Notes: generated by a model from the sequence alone, not told the origin. DNA of 64,000 nucleotides from Roseibacillus sp. (GCA_051251855.1 JBPOGI010000005.1:160001-224000); one strand, 5' to 3'; shown: positions 1 to 8,852, counted from the stretch's first letter. Numbers and translations: made by a program.

Positions 1-712
1 CCCGGCAGAAGTGGCTTTCGGACAGGCCTGCTTGGTGGGCGATGACACCGAGGGGTAGGGGTTCGTCGAGGTTGGCGTGGATGAAGGTGCGGGCTTTGAG
101 GATGGCCGCGGGTTCCTTGCCTTCTTCCATCATGGCGAGTTCTTCGGCGTGTTGGGAAAGTTGATTGCCGAAGGATTCGAGGAGGGCGACCATGGATTCA
201 TAGCGCTTGGGATCGACGGTTTGGGTTTGGAAGTAAGCTTCCTTGAGGGGAGAAAGGTTGGATTCGTCGATGCCATCGGCGACGAGGGTTTTGGCGACGG
301 CGTCGAACTTGCCTTCGGTGGGGAGTTGCCGGAAGACTTGGCCGGTTTTGAGGAAGCCGATGGTGGTGGCACCGATGCGGATGGGAACGGCGGTGGCGCA
401 AAGGCCCGCGAAGCAGCCGCAAGACGAGGGGCCGGCGACTTCTGCCTGCGCCATGAGCTTGTGGTTGACGGCTTTGCATTCGCTACAGGCGGTGCTGCAG
501 CGGTGAAGCATTTCGCAGAAGGGGGATTGGTTTTCGCGATGCTCGTTGAGGCACCATTGCTCGTCGGAGCGCATGAAACGGAGGGGGAGGCCGGTGGCGA
601 GGCGGAAGGCGTCGCAGTAGTTTTTGAAGAGTTCGGACTCTTGGAGACGCAGAAAGAGAGCTTGCTCGAAGCTGGGGAGCTTAGCTGTTTTCTTCTGTGC
701 GTTTGTCTTCAT
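1..712 (-). CDS. PocR ligand-binding domain / AraC-family transcriptional regulator (3' end runs off window)
   Basis: Not in the ORF track; translated by hand from the ATG at 712: MKTNAQKK...AFRLATGLP...NQSPFCEMLHRCSTACSEC...CFAGLCATAVPIRIG...GFLKTGQV (PocR sensor), then KARTFIHANLDEPLPLGVIAHQAGLSESHFCR (start of the AraC HTH). Confidence 0.88.
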   Translation of the reverse strand, partial: MKTNAQKKTAKLPSFEQALFLRLQESELFKNYCDAFRLATGLPLRFMRSDEQWCLNEHRENQSPFCEMLHRCSTACSECKAVNHKLMAQAEVAGPSSCGCFAGLCATAVPIRIGATTIGFLKTGQVFRQLPTEGKFDAVAKTLVADGIDESNLSPLKEAYFQTQTVDPKRYESMVALLESFGNQLSQHAEELAMMEEGKEPAAILKARTFIHANLDEPLPLGVIAHQAGLSESHFCR

Positions 713-807
713 GGCTTCTGGCGGGGATACTGGAGAAACGGGCCCTCTCTTGCAAGTCGAACTCGTTCGTTTTGGCGGGAGAGGTCTCTTTTGTGGAATT
801 TTGTTGG

Positions 808-1746
808 TCAGCTCTTTTGTCGGGGAGATTCCATGGTGACGGTCTTGGAGAGGCGGGTGACAGCGGCGTTGAGGTCGCGGATTTGGTTGGAGAGGGTGGC
901 GACTTGATGGGGGAGGTCGAGGGTGCTGCTAGTACCGTCGAGGGCGGCTTCGGCTCTTTTGATGGCTTCGATTTCGGCATCGACGCGGGCGTCGTCCATG
1001 CCGTTGACGATGACGCCAATGACGAGGTTGAGCATGACCATGGTGCCTAAGAGGACAAAGGAGACGAAGTAGGCGGTGGCGAGGATGGGCTGGGCTTTGG
1101 GCTCGAGAGGGGGATAGTGGGAGGCGAGGCTGGCGGCGCTGATGTTGTAGCCTTCGTAGACGTGGGAGCCGTAGATTTGGAGATACATGACGTCGGTCCA
1201 GTCCTCGAGGGTGACGATGCGGAAGAGGGAGAGGAGGGCGTCGAAGATGTTGCCGAAGTGGACGGGGTCGTTTTTGGCGAAGAACATCACTCCGGCGACG
1301 GCGTAGACGTAGAAGAGTAGGAGGAGAAGAACGGTGACGTAGAGCATGGAGGGGAGGCTCTTGAGGAGTGCGTTGACGAGCAGTTGGAGCTTGGGGACGG
1401 AGGAGAGGAGGCGAAGGACTCGTAGGAGGCGGAAAAGTCGGAGGACGGGGCCGAAGCTTCCGCTGGCAGGAATGAGGCAGACGGCGACGATGATAAAGTC
1501 GAAGACGTTCCAGCCGTCTTTGAAGAAGTCTTGGGGACGGGGGGCGAGGGCGACTATCTTGATGACGATCTCGGCGATGAAGATGAGAAGGACGAGCCAG
1601 TCGAGCGTTTTGAGAAGGGTGTGATATTTCTCGTAGGTGGGCTCGTGGGTTTCGACGCCGACAAGGATGCCGGCGAAGACGATGACCGCGATGATGAAGC
1701 GGTTAAAGAGAGGGGAGTTGACGAGAGCCTGGCAGCGTTCTTTCAC
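808..1746 (-). CDS. Voltage-gated cation channel, BacNav-like (Ion_trans)
   Basis: 6 TM segments, FFKDGWNVFDF (S3), S4 RLFRLLRVLRLL, pore TLEDWTD, S6 MLNLVIGVIV, C-terminal coiled coil. Confidence 0.92.
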   Translation of the reverse strand: MKERCQALVNSPLFNRFIIAVIVFAGILVGVETHEPTYEKYHTLLKTLDWLVLLIFIAEIVIKIVALAPRPQDFFKDGWNVFDFIIVAVCLIPASGSFGPVLRLFRLLRVLRLLSSVPKLQLLVNALLKSLPSMLYVTVLLLLLFYVYAVAGVMFFAKNDPVHFGNIFDALLSLFRIVTLEDWTDVMYLQIYGSHVYEGYNISAASLASHYPPLEPKAQPILATAYFVSFVLLGTMVMLNLVIGVIVNGMDDARVDAEIEAIKRAEAALDGTSSTLDLPHQVATLSNQIRDLNAAVTRLSKTVTMESPRQKS

Positions 1747-1863
1747 AGCGGAAAGGAAAGGTGTTCGTCGCTGGGAGGCAAGTCGAAAGGGAGTCTGGGG
1801 AGGTGGGAGAAGGAATTCGTTTGGCGCAGAGTTGCGGAGGCCCGGTTCCTTTGAATCTGTTCG

Positions 1864-4224
1864 TCAGGGGTTTGTGGGGAGGACTCTTGAGAGTGGAAGG
1901 TCGGGGGCTGTGGGGGAGGTCTTGGCCTTGGGTTGGATTTGGGCGGAGGCGATGGCGAGGGAGGCGAGGCTGCTGAGGGGCATGAAGATGGCGGCGAGGA
2001 GGGGGTTCATGTGACCCATGAGGCAGAAGGTGATGGCGGTGGTGTTGTAGACGATGGTGAAGGCAAGTACTCGGCGAACAATGCGGTGACGCCAGCGAGC
2101 GGTTGCGAGGAGGTGGGGGAGGAAGCTGAGGCCGGGTTGGGTGAAGAGGAAGTCAGCTTTGGTGTCGAGGAGTGAGCGGTCGGCCACTGGGCTGCCGGTG
2201 GCGAGGGCGGTGTCGAAGGCAATGGAGTCGTTAGCCCCGTCGCCGAGGAAGAGGGCGGGGTTGAGCTTGGAAAGGTGGGCGGCTTTGTCGTCGGGGCTAA
2301 GGTCGCCGTGGGCGAGGTCGGGGTCGAGTTGGAGGGAGGTGGCGAGGGCTTTGACGCGTTGGGCTCCATCGCCGGAGAGGATGTGGACGGGGATGTGGGT
2401 GGCGGCGAGGGCGCGGGCGGCGTCGGGGCGTGCGGTTTCGAGGAAGTGGAAGGTGGCGATGGTTTGGTCGTCGCGGGTGAAGGTGGTGGTGGGGCCTTCG
2501 GGTTGTTCGGTGTCAGGAGAGGAAGGAGTGTTGGGCTTGCCGAGGTGGTATCTGGTGCCGTTGATGGTTGTTTCGATTCCTTGGCCTGGGCTTTCATTTA
2601 TTTGCTCCGGTGTGGCAATGCTTCCAAAGGAGTCTGTGGCGAGAGCGGCGTGGAGAGTTCGTGAAAGGGGGTGGAGGGAGGAGGCGGTGAGGTGAAGGAG
2701 AGCTTGGCGGTCGTTGGTAGAGAGGGTTTCTAACAGTTCGGGGTTTTGGAGGGTGGGATGTTCGAGGGTAAGGGTACCTGTCTTGTCAAGGACGAGGGCT
2801 TTGAGGTGCATGAGGCGTTGCCAGAGAAGGGTGTTTTGCACGAAGACACCAAAGGATTGCAGGTGGGTGGCGGCGCGGCGGTCGGCGAGGGGGATGGCAA
2901 CGCCGAGGGCGCAGGGGCAAGAGACGATGAAGATGGAGATGGCGACTTGGAGGGCGTCGACGGGGTTCTTGGCGACGATGAGCCAGGCAAGTCCACCGCC
3001 CACTCCGATGATGAGGACGATGAGGAGATAGATTTTGAGGAGTTTTTGCAGGAGGGGGGAAGATTGGGTGCGGTCGGACGACTGGGTGAGCTTAGCGACG
3101 AGGGAGTCGGGGAAGTCTTCGTCTGCTGTGAGGGTCAGGGATTGCGCGCTGAGGTTGACAGCACCCGAGGGAATGCGTTGTCCGGTCTGGAAGTGGCGGG
3201 GTTCGGGTTCGCCGTTGATCCACGCGAGGGAGAGGGAGGCGTCTTCGTCTTGGAGCATGGCGGTGACGGGGAGGGGTTGGCCGACGGGGAGGAGGAAGCA
3301 GTTGCCGTTGGTGAGGGCGCGGGTGGGGATTTCTTCTTTGCCGTCCTCGGTGATGAGTTCGATGCTTTCGGGGAGGGCGCTGGTGCGGGTGAGGTTGGAG
3401 CGCGCTTTTTCGGAGGCGGCGAGGTGCAGGTAGCGACCGCCGAGCATGAGGGTGGTGAAGATGGCGACGAAATCGAAGTAGAGGAGGCGTTCTTCGCCAA
3501 TGAAGTAGCCGATGAGGGAGCCGATGAAGGCGAGGATGAGTCCGAGGGAAATGGGGAGGTCGATGTGGAGGGTGCCACGGCGGAGGGCGGCGATGGCGCG
3601 GGTGAAGAAGTAGGTGCCACCGATGAGGAGGGCGAAGGTGGCGGAGAGGAGGGTGACGATTTCGAAGATTTGTGCGAAGGCGAAGTCGGGCTTCATCCCG
3701 AGGTAGCGCGGGAGGGTGAAGGCCATCGCGTTGAGGGCGAAGGCGGAGGTGATGCCGAGGCGGGCGAGGAGCTTGGAGGACTCCCTCACAGGTTGTTTGG
3801 TTGTGTCGAGGGCGCTGAGGGTGTAGCCGTAGCGGGGGAGTTCTTGCGCGAGGGTGAGGGTGGGGTTGTTACCTTCAGACCATGTGAAGTTTGCTTGTCC
3901 GGTGTCAGGGAAGATGGCGCAGGTTTGGGCGCCGGGGAGGCGGAGGAAGAGCTTTTCGATGAGCCAGACGCAGCCAATGCAAGTGACACCGTTGACGGCG
4001 ACGGTGAGGGTGGTTTGCTCGTTGGTGGCCTTCTCTAACCAAGCGAGGTCTTGCGGTTGGAAGGGGCGGTCTTTGACGGGGATGCCGGTGTTTTTCCCTT
4101 TGAGGTCGTAGAAACGGTCGAAGCCTTCGGAGGTGAGGGTTTGGTAAACGAAATCGCAGCCAGAGCAGCAGAACTGAGCTTCGGGGCTGGGATTGGGAGT
4201 TCCGCAATGGAGGCAATTGGACAC
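1864..4224 (-). CDS. ccoI: Heavy-metal (Cu) P1B-type ATPase, CcoI/FixI type
   Basis: N-terminal CxHC...FCCxGC, GVTCIGCVWLIE HMA domain, SCPC, DKTGT, HP, GDGAND; adjacent to ccoG. Confidence 0.85.
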   Translation of the reverse strand: MSNCLHCGTPNPSPEAQFCCSGCDFVYQTLTSEGFDRFYDLKGKNTGIPVKDRPFQPQDLAWLEKATNEQTTLTVAVNGVTCIGCVWLIEKLFLRLPGAQTCAIFPDTGQANFTWSEGNNPTLTLAQELPRYGYTLSALDTTKQPVRESSKLLARLGITSAFALNAMAFTLPRYLGMKPDFAFAQIFEIVTLLSATFALLIGGTYFFTRAIAALRRGTLHIDLPISLGLILAFIGSLIGYFIGEERLLYFDFVAIFTTLMLGGRYLHLAASEKARSNLTRTSALPESIELITEDGKEEIPTRALTNGNCFLLPVGQPLPVTAMLQDEDASLSLAWINGEPEPRHFQTGQRIPSGAVNLSAQSLTLTADEDFPDSLVAKLTQSSDRTQSSPLLQKLLKIYLLIVLIIGVGGGLAWLIVAKNPVDALQVAISIFIVSCPCALGVAIPLADRRAATHLQSFGVFVQNTLLWQRLMHLKALVLDKTGTLTLEHPTLQNPELLETLSTNDRQALLHLTASSLHPLSRTLHAALATDSFGSIATPEQINESPGQGIETTINGTRYHLGKPNTPSSPDTEQPEGPTTTFTRDDQTIATFHFLETARPDAARALAATHIPVHILSGDGAQRVKALATSLQLDPDLAHGDLSPDDKAAHLSKLNPALFLGDGANDSIAFDTALATGSPVADRSLLDTKADFLFTQPGLSFLPHLLATARWRHRIVRRVLAFTIVYNTTAITFCLMGHMNPLLAAIFMPLSSLASLAIASAQIQPKAKTSPTAPDLPLSRVLPTNP

Positions 4225-4280
4225 TTTTGGTTGTTTGGGGTCGGTGGATTGTTCGGGGTGGTTCTGCTTATAGAATAGTC

Positions 4281-4398
4281 GGTGAGGCCTTGAAAAACCG
4301 AATATTCAAAAACTCAAAAACCAAAGGATCGTGCTAAAGTGTCGTGGGGTAATCGAGGTCGGAGTTTTGGTTTTTAAGTTTTTGGGATTTCGGTTTTT
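4281..4398. repeat. AT-rich inverted-repeat element, copy 1
   Basis: 33-nt arms AAAAACCGAATATTCAAAAACTCAAAAACCAAA (4293-4325) and TTTGGTTTTTAAGTTTTTGGGATTTCGGTTTTT (4366-4398) around a 40-nt spacer. Confidence 0.85.
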
Positions 4399-4413
4399 AC
4401 GAACGGAGTGGGT

Positions 4414-5130
4414 CTAGTGGCAGCAGCTGGGGAGTTCTTCTGCAGGTTGCTCGGTGGTGGAGGGTGCGGGGGTGAGGAGAGGGACGGTGTCTTGGAGGCG
4501 GAAGAGCATGACGGCGGCGGCGACGACAGCGAGGGTGCGCTGGAGGTGGGTGAAAGTGGTGGCGGGGATGAGTTTTTTAATTTGAGTGAGGGATTGTTGG
4601 GCGGCCCAGAGGAGAGGGATGGTGCCAAGGCCGAAGGCGAGGGCGAATTCGGTGCCGCGCAGGGGGGAGCCAGTGAGGAGGCAGGCGGCGAAGAGGAGGT
4701 AGAGGGGGCCGCAGGGAAGAATGGGGGTGGCGAGGCCGAGGAGAAAGCCGCCGTGGGTGGAGGACATGCGAAAGGCGCGCATGCGTGCTTTGGCAAAGAG
4801 TTTGTCGAAGAACTTGGGGCGCGGGAGTTTTTTCCAGAGGCCAAGGGCGGTGACGAGGAAGACGGCGACCATGAACCAGGGGAGGAGGACGGCGGGGGTG
4901 TTGAAGACCCACTTGAGAGGTTGTTGGCCGAGGTAGCCACAAAGGGCACCGATGCTGCCGTAGGAAATGAGGCGGCCGAGGTGATAGGTGGTGGCTCCGA
5001 TGAGGCGGGAGGTTTCGCTGCCTTTCATGGAGGAGACGGTGCACGCGAGGGGCCCACACATGCCGATGCAGTGCACACTCGTGACGAGGCCTGCGATAAG
5101 GGCAGCGGAGATGGTGGTGACGCTTTCCAT
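4414..5130 (-). CDS. DsbD_2/TauE-like membrane protein of cbb3 maturation clusters
   Basis: SVHCIGMCGP, YHLGRLISY, LPCGPLY, FGLGTIP motifs; C-terminal SCCH. Confidence 0.88.
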   Translation of the reverse strand: MESVTTISAALIAGLVTSVHCIGMCGPLACTVSSMKGSETSRLIGATTYHLGRLISYGSIGALCGYLGQQPLKWVFNTPAVLLPWFMVAVFLVTALGLWKKLPRPKFFDKLFAKARMRAFRMSSTHGGFLLGLATPILPCGPLYLLFAACLLTGSPLRGTEFALAFGLGTIPLLWAAQQSLTQIKKLIPATTFTHLQRTLAVVAAAVMLFRLQDTVPLLTPAPSTTEQPAEELPSCCH

Positions 5131-5146
5131 GAGGGGACGCGCGTAT

Positions 5147-5296
5147 TTAAGGCTGGTGGTTGGTCTGATGGGTCATTTCGACTTTCTCAGGGCGGAATTT
5201 GACCGCGATGGTGATGAGGGAGGACCAGGCGGTGATGAGGATGCCGAAGCAGAGGACGAGCAGTAACCAGGGATGTTTGCAGAGAAGGTTGGTCAT
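5147..5296 (-). CDS. Small single-TM membrane protein (49 aa) at the ccoH position
   Basis: Hand translation: MTNLLCKHPWLLLVLCFGILITAWSSLITIAVKFRPEKVEMTHQTNHQP*; C-ending codons match the neighbours; ends 17 nt before the next gene. Confidence 0.65.
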   Translation of the reverse strand: MTNLLCKHPWLLLVLCFGILITAWSSLITIAVKFRPEKVEMTHQTNHQP

Positions 5297-5404
5297 GACG
5301 GTGTGGAAGATGGGGAAAAAGGAAGATTTTGGCTGCGCGTGGGTTGCGAGAGGATGGGCGGATTTTGCGGGGGGATTCGGGGGGGGCTTTTTTTGGGGAA
5401 AGTG

Positions 5405-5524
5405 GGTGAGGCCTTGAAAAACCGAAAAACCAAAGACTCAAAAACCAAAGTTGCGGCTTGGTGGTCATTTACGCAGGGCAGCGTTATTTTTTGGTTTTTG
5501 AGTTTTTAGCATTCGGTTTTTGAA
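5405..5524. repeat. AT-rich inverted-repeat element, copy 2
   Basis: Same left flank GGTGAGGCCTTG as copy 1; arms 5417-5449 and 5490-5521; different 40-nt spacer. Confidence 0.85.
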
Positions 5525-5537
5525 GTCGAGGGGGACT

Positions 5538-6959
5538 TTAGGGTGTGCGTTCGTTGCCCGATTTGAGGGAGTTGGGATTGGGGCCTATGAAGCGGAGGGT
5601 TTGGGTGAGGACGGTGTTGCCGGGGTTGGCGGTGGCGCGAAGTTGGACTTCGACAGGGCCGGTGAAGTGCTCATAGTCGCAGACGATGATGGCGGGGCGG
5701 TTGAGCTCGCCTTTGGCTTCAATGGTGAGGGTTTTGTTTTCGCCTGAGAGGTTGAAGCCGGGTGGGGGAGAGATGAGGTCGAAGGTGACGGTGGCGGGCT
5801 GGTTGCGCTTGTTGATGAGGGTGACTTCGTAGTGGTTGCGCACCATATTGCCGTCGGTGTAGTGGGGTGGGCCGGCCATGCGAGTGACGGACCAGGTGTA
5901 GGGGCGGGCGCGCTGGAGGATGGTGCCAACCAAGGCGGTGGTGCCGAGGGCGGAAAGGATGAGATAGAGAATGATGCGGGGGCGGATGATGCGGCGCTTT
6001 TTGCCCTCAAGGCCGTTCATGGAGTCGTAGCGAACGAGGCCTTTGGGCTTGTCGATTTTGACCATGATTTCGTCGCAGGCGTCCACGCAGGCGGAGCAGC
6101 CGATGCACTCAATTTGGAGCCCGTTGCGAATATCGATACCGGTGGGGCAGACGTTGACGCAGCGGCGGCAATCGATGCAGTCGCCTTCGGCTTTGCCTTT
6201 GGCTCCGCGGGGTTCGCCACGAACCTCGTCATAGCCAATGATCATGGAGTCGTCGTCGGTGAGGACAGATTGAATACGGCCGTAAGGGCACATGATGATG
6301 CAGAATTGTTCGCGGAAGAAGGCGAAGCAGCCGTAGAGGACGGCGGTAAGGAAAGCGACGACGGCAAAGGGGGTGAAGTGCGCGAGGGGATTCTCATGCA
6401 TGAATCCGTAGAGGCCCTTGAGGGACACGAAGTAGGAGAGGAAGATGTGGGCAAGGAGGGCGGCGGAGAGGATGTAGATGCCGTGTTTGAGGATGCGTTT
6501 CCAAGCTTTTTCAAAAGACCATGGGGCGGCAGCGAGCTTGCGGCGGGCGGGAGCATCGCCGTCGATGAGGCGTTCGACACGGCGGAAGATGTGCTCCAAA
6601 AAGATGGTGTAGGGGCAGGCCCATCCGCACCAGAGACGACCAAGCAGGGAGGTAACGAAAAAGAGGGTGAAGCCGAGGCCCGAGATGAGGAAGAAGAGGA
6701 CCCAGAGGTCTTGGGGAGCGAGGGTGAGGCCGAAGAGGTGAAAGCGGCGTTGGGCGATGTCGAGGAAGACGGCTGGGTTGCCGTTGATTTGAATCCAAGG
6801 AAGGGCGACGTAGACGAAGAGCATCACGGCGGCGACGAGGCGGCGCAGCGTGTTGAATTTCCCGCGGACATCGGCGGGGTGAAGCACGTAGTGGGAGCCG
6901 TCATCGTTGATGGTGGTGACGGTCTCGAGGTTGGGCGCTTTTTTAATTGGCTTGGGCAT
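5538..6959 (-). CDS. ccoG: Cytochrome c oxidase accessory protein CcoG (FixG)
   Basis: GRLWCGWACP, REQFCIIMCPYGRIQS, CIDCRRCVNVCPTGIDIR, CIGCSACVDAC; FixG C-terminal Ig-like domain. Confidence 0.95.
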   Translation of the reverse strand: MPKPIKKAPNLETVTTINDDGSHYVLHPADVRGKFNTLRRLVAAVMLFVYVALPWIQINGNPAVFLDIAQRRFHLFGLTLAPQDLWVLFFLISGLGFTLFFVTSLLGRLWCGWACPYTIFLEHIFRRVERLIDGDAPARRKLAAAPWSFEKAWKRILKHGIYILSAALLAHIFLSYFVSLKGLYGFMHENPLAHFTPFAVVAFLTAVLYGCFAFFREQFCIIMCPYGRIQSVLTDDDSMIIGYDEVRGEPRGAKGKAEGDCIDCRRCVNVCPTGIDIRNGLQIECIGCSACVDACDEIMVKIDKPKGLVRYDSMNGLEGKKRRIIRPRIILYLILSALGTTALVGTILQRARPYTWSVTRMAGPPHYTDGNMVRNHYEVTLINKRNQPATVTFDLISPPPGFNLSGENKTLTIEAKGELNRPAIIVCDYEHFTGPVEVQLRATANPGNTVLTQTLRFIGPNPNSLKSGNERTP

Positions 6960-7200
6960 GGCTGCAGGTGGGACTGAAGGGAAGATGCCTTATGTCCGTT
7001 TACTTTGCCTCGCATCGCTCATTTTTTGCCGCGCATGGATTGCGGTGACCCCTTTGTTGTTTGGGAAAATCGATGACTAGCCAGGGGTGGGTGAGCCCGT
7101 TGGGTCTGCCGGCGCCTAGCCGAGATAGGGCGAACGACTGAAGTCGCCCCTCCGTCCGAACGTGGGATTGGGGCTTGGACGGACCGACGCTCCTAGTGCC

Positions 7201-8361
7201 CTACTCTTCTTCCAAGCGCCAGACTTCGGCGACGATGGCTTTCTTGAGGGCGAGGGGCTCAATTTTGCCGGTGTGGCGGTAGAGGACTTGGCCTTCGTTG
7301 CCTATGAGGAGGGTGTGGGGCATGGCGCCGTTCCACTCGGGGTCGAGGGCTTTGGCGAGGTCTTCGGTGTCGCCGTCAAAGAGGTAGTTGTTGGTGTTGC
7401 GGCTGTCTTTCTTGAGAAGCTGCTTGGTGCGGGATCCGGTGCCGACGTTGTGCTCTTTGAGGAAGTCGGTGACCTTGTCGATGTCCTTGGGTGGGTCGAG
7501 GCTGATGGTGATGAACTCGAGGTTCTGTAGCGAGTATTGCTTGTAGATGGCGGCGAGGTCAGGGAACTCGGCGACGCAGGGTCCGCAGCTGGTGGACCAG
7601 ACGTTGAGGAGGCGGAAGGTGGATTTGGCTTCGTTGGAGACAAGTTTACCGACGGTGGCTGCGTCGATGGTTTCGACGTCGACGGGTTGGGCGTTCCATT
7701 TTTTATCGGACTCGGCGACGGCTCCGGCTTTTTCGAGCCACTTGGTGGTGCAACCTGTGGGGCGGGTTTTGATAATGGCGGGCTCTTTGCCAGCGACGAT
7801 GGCGGTGAGGGCATCACGGGCTTCGTTCTTTTTGGCGGGGCCGAGGCTGCGGCGTCCGTCGTCCATGCGGCCGTTGTATTTGAGCTTGAGGTCGGCGTCG
7901 AAGATGAAGATGTGTGGGGTGGAGACCGCTCCGTAGGCTTTAGCGACTTCTTGGGTTTCGCCATCGTAGAGATAGGGGAGATTGAATTCGGATTCGGCGG
8001 AGACGAGTTTCATGTCTTCGAAGGAGTCGCTGTAGACGGTGAATCTGAGTTCGTCGAGGCGGAGGCCTTTGGGGGAGTTGCTGTTGATGGCGGCGAAGCC
8101 GACTCCTTGGGATTCGAATTGCTCGACGAGGGCTTTCATGCGGCCGATGCAGGCGATGGCATCGGGGCAATGATTAGTGGTGAAGATGATGGCGGTGGCC
8201 TTTTCGCCTTTGACATCGGCGAGGGTGAGGGTTTTGTCGTCTACGTTCACGAGGGCGAAGTCGGGGGCGGTGGCTCCTTGTTCGAGGGGAGTGGGAGTGT
8301 AGGCGAGGGTCATCGCGGCGGTGGACGCGAGCGCGCAGGTGGCGAGGATGAGTGTTTTCAT
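7201..8361 (-). CDS. Secreted two-domain redoxin (AhpC/TSA-like plus TlpA-like)
   Basis: Start reassigned to MKTLILATCALAST (signal peptide); APDFAL, TTNHCPD, YGAVSTPHIF, second Trx fold WSTSCGPC. Confidence 0.85.
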   Translation of the reverse strand: MKTLILATCALASTAAMTLAYTPTPLEQGATAPDFALVNVDDKTLTLADVKGEKATAIIFTTNHCPDAIACIGRMKALVEQFESQGVGFAAINSNSPKGLRLDELRFTVYSDSFEDMKLVSAESEFNLPYLYDGETQEVAKAYGAVSTPHIFIFDADLKLKYNGRMDDGRRSLGPAKKNEARDALTAIVAGKEPAIIKTRPTGCTTKWLEKAGAVAESDKKWNAQPVDVETIDAATVGKLVSNEAKSTFRLLNVWSTSCGPCVAEFPDLAAIYKQYSLQNLEFITISLDPPKDIDKVTDFLKEHNVGTGSRTKQLLKKDSRNTNNYLFDGDTEDLAKALDPEWNGAMPHTLLIGNEGQVLYRHTGKIEPLALKKAIVAEVWRLEEE

Positions 8362-8396
8362 AGCGGTGAGTTTACGGGGTGTGTTCGAGGTTCTAT

Positions 8397-8837
8397 TCAC
8401 TTTTTTGAACGGCTTGCTTTGCGGATTTTTTTGAGAAGGGCGGTGATCAGTTGGCTTTCGCGATCGGTGAGGGTAGCAAAGAGGGGTCCGAAGATTTGGT
8501 CGCGCTCGGCGGTGAGCTGGCGAAGGGTTTGTTTGCCAATTTTGGTGACGTCGACCCAGACTTTGCGGCCGTCTTTTTCGTCGCGGTGGGTGGCGACGAG
8601 GTCGCGGGAGCCGAGACGTTGCACGGCGGAGGTCATGGAACCGCTGGTGAGACCAACTTTGGGGGCGATTTGGTTGACTGGGCGAGGGCCTTTTTTCTGA
8701 AGGTAGGAAAGGATGGCGAGGTCGGAGGCGCAAAGTTTGTGAGAAGAGAGGAGGGAGCGCTCTTGGTCGGCGAGGAGGGACTCGGTCTCGGTGATTAATT
8801 TTCGGGCTTGGAGGGCTTCCGAGTCCTTTTTCTTCAT
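8397..8837 (-). CDS. MarR-family transcriptional regulator
   Basis: IAPKVGLTSGSMTSAVQRL HTH; DGRKVWVDVT..G wing. Confidence 0.9.
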   Translation of the reverse strand: MKKKDSEALQARKLITETESLLADQERSLLSSHKLCASDLAILSYLQKKGPRPVNQIAPKVGLTSGSMTSAVQRLGSRDLVATHRDEKDGRKVWVDVTKIGKQTLRQLTAERDQIFGPLFATLTDRESQLITALLKKIRKASRSKK

Positions 8838-8852
8838 GGGTGGAGTCTGGGC

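Noticed and set aside
3180..3240. ccoI as a pseudogene because TGE is replaced by NGE
   Set aside because: The ORF is intact with CPC, DKTGT, HP and GDGxND, and the catalytic Glu is retained
4281..5524. Possible CRISPR array (repeat-40 nt spacer-repeat)
   Set aside because: The arms are inverted rather than direct, there are only two units 1.1 kb apart, and no cas genes are present
77..8700. Long plus-strand ORFs (77..907, 2746..4038, 4408..5202, 5832..6977, 7537..8700)
   Set aside because: Antisense shadows of well-supported minus-strand genes; the Gly/Glu/Asp-rich translations follow from C-ending codon bias
8362..8733. N-terminal extension of the 510-aa ORF
   Set aside because: It overlaps marR in another frame; the signal peptide begins at 8361
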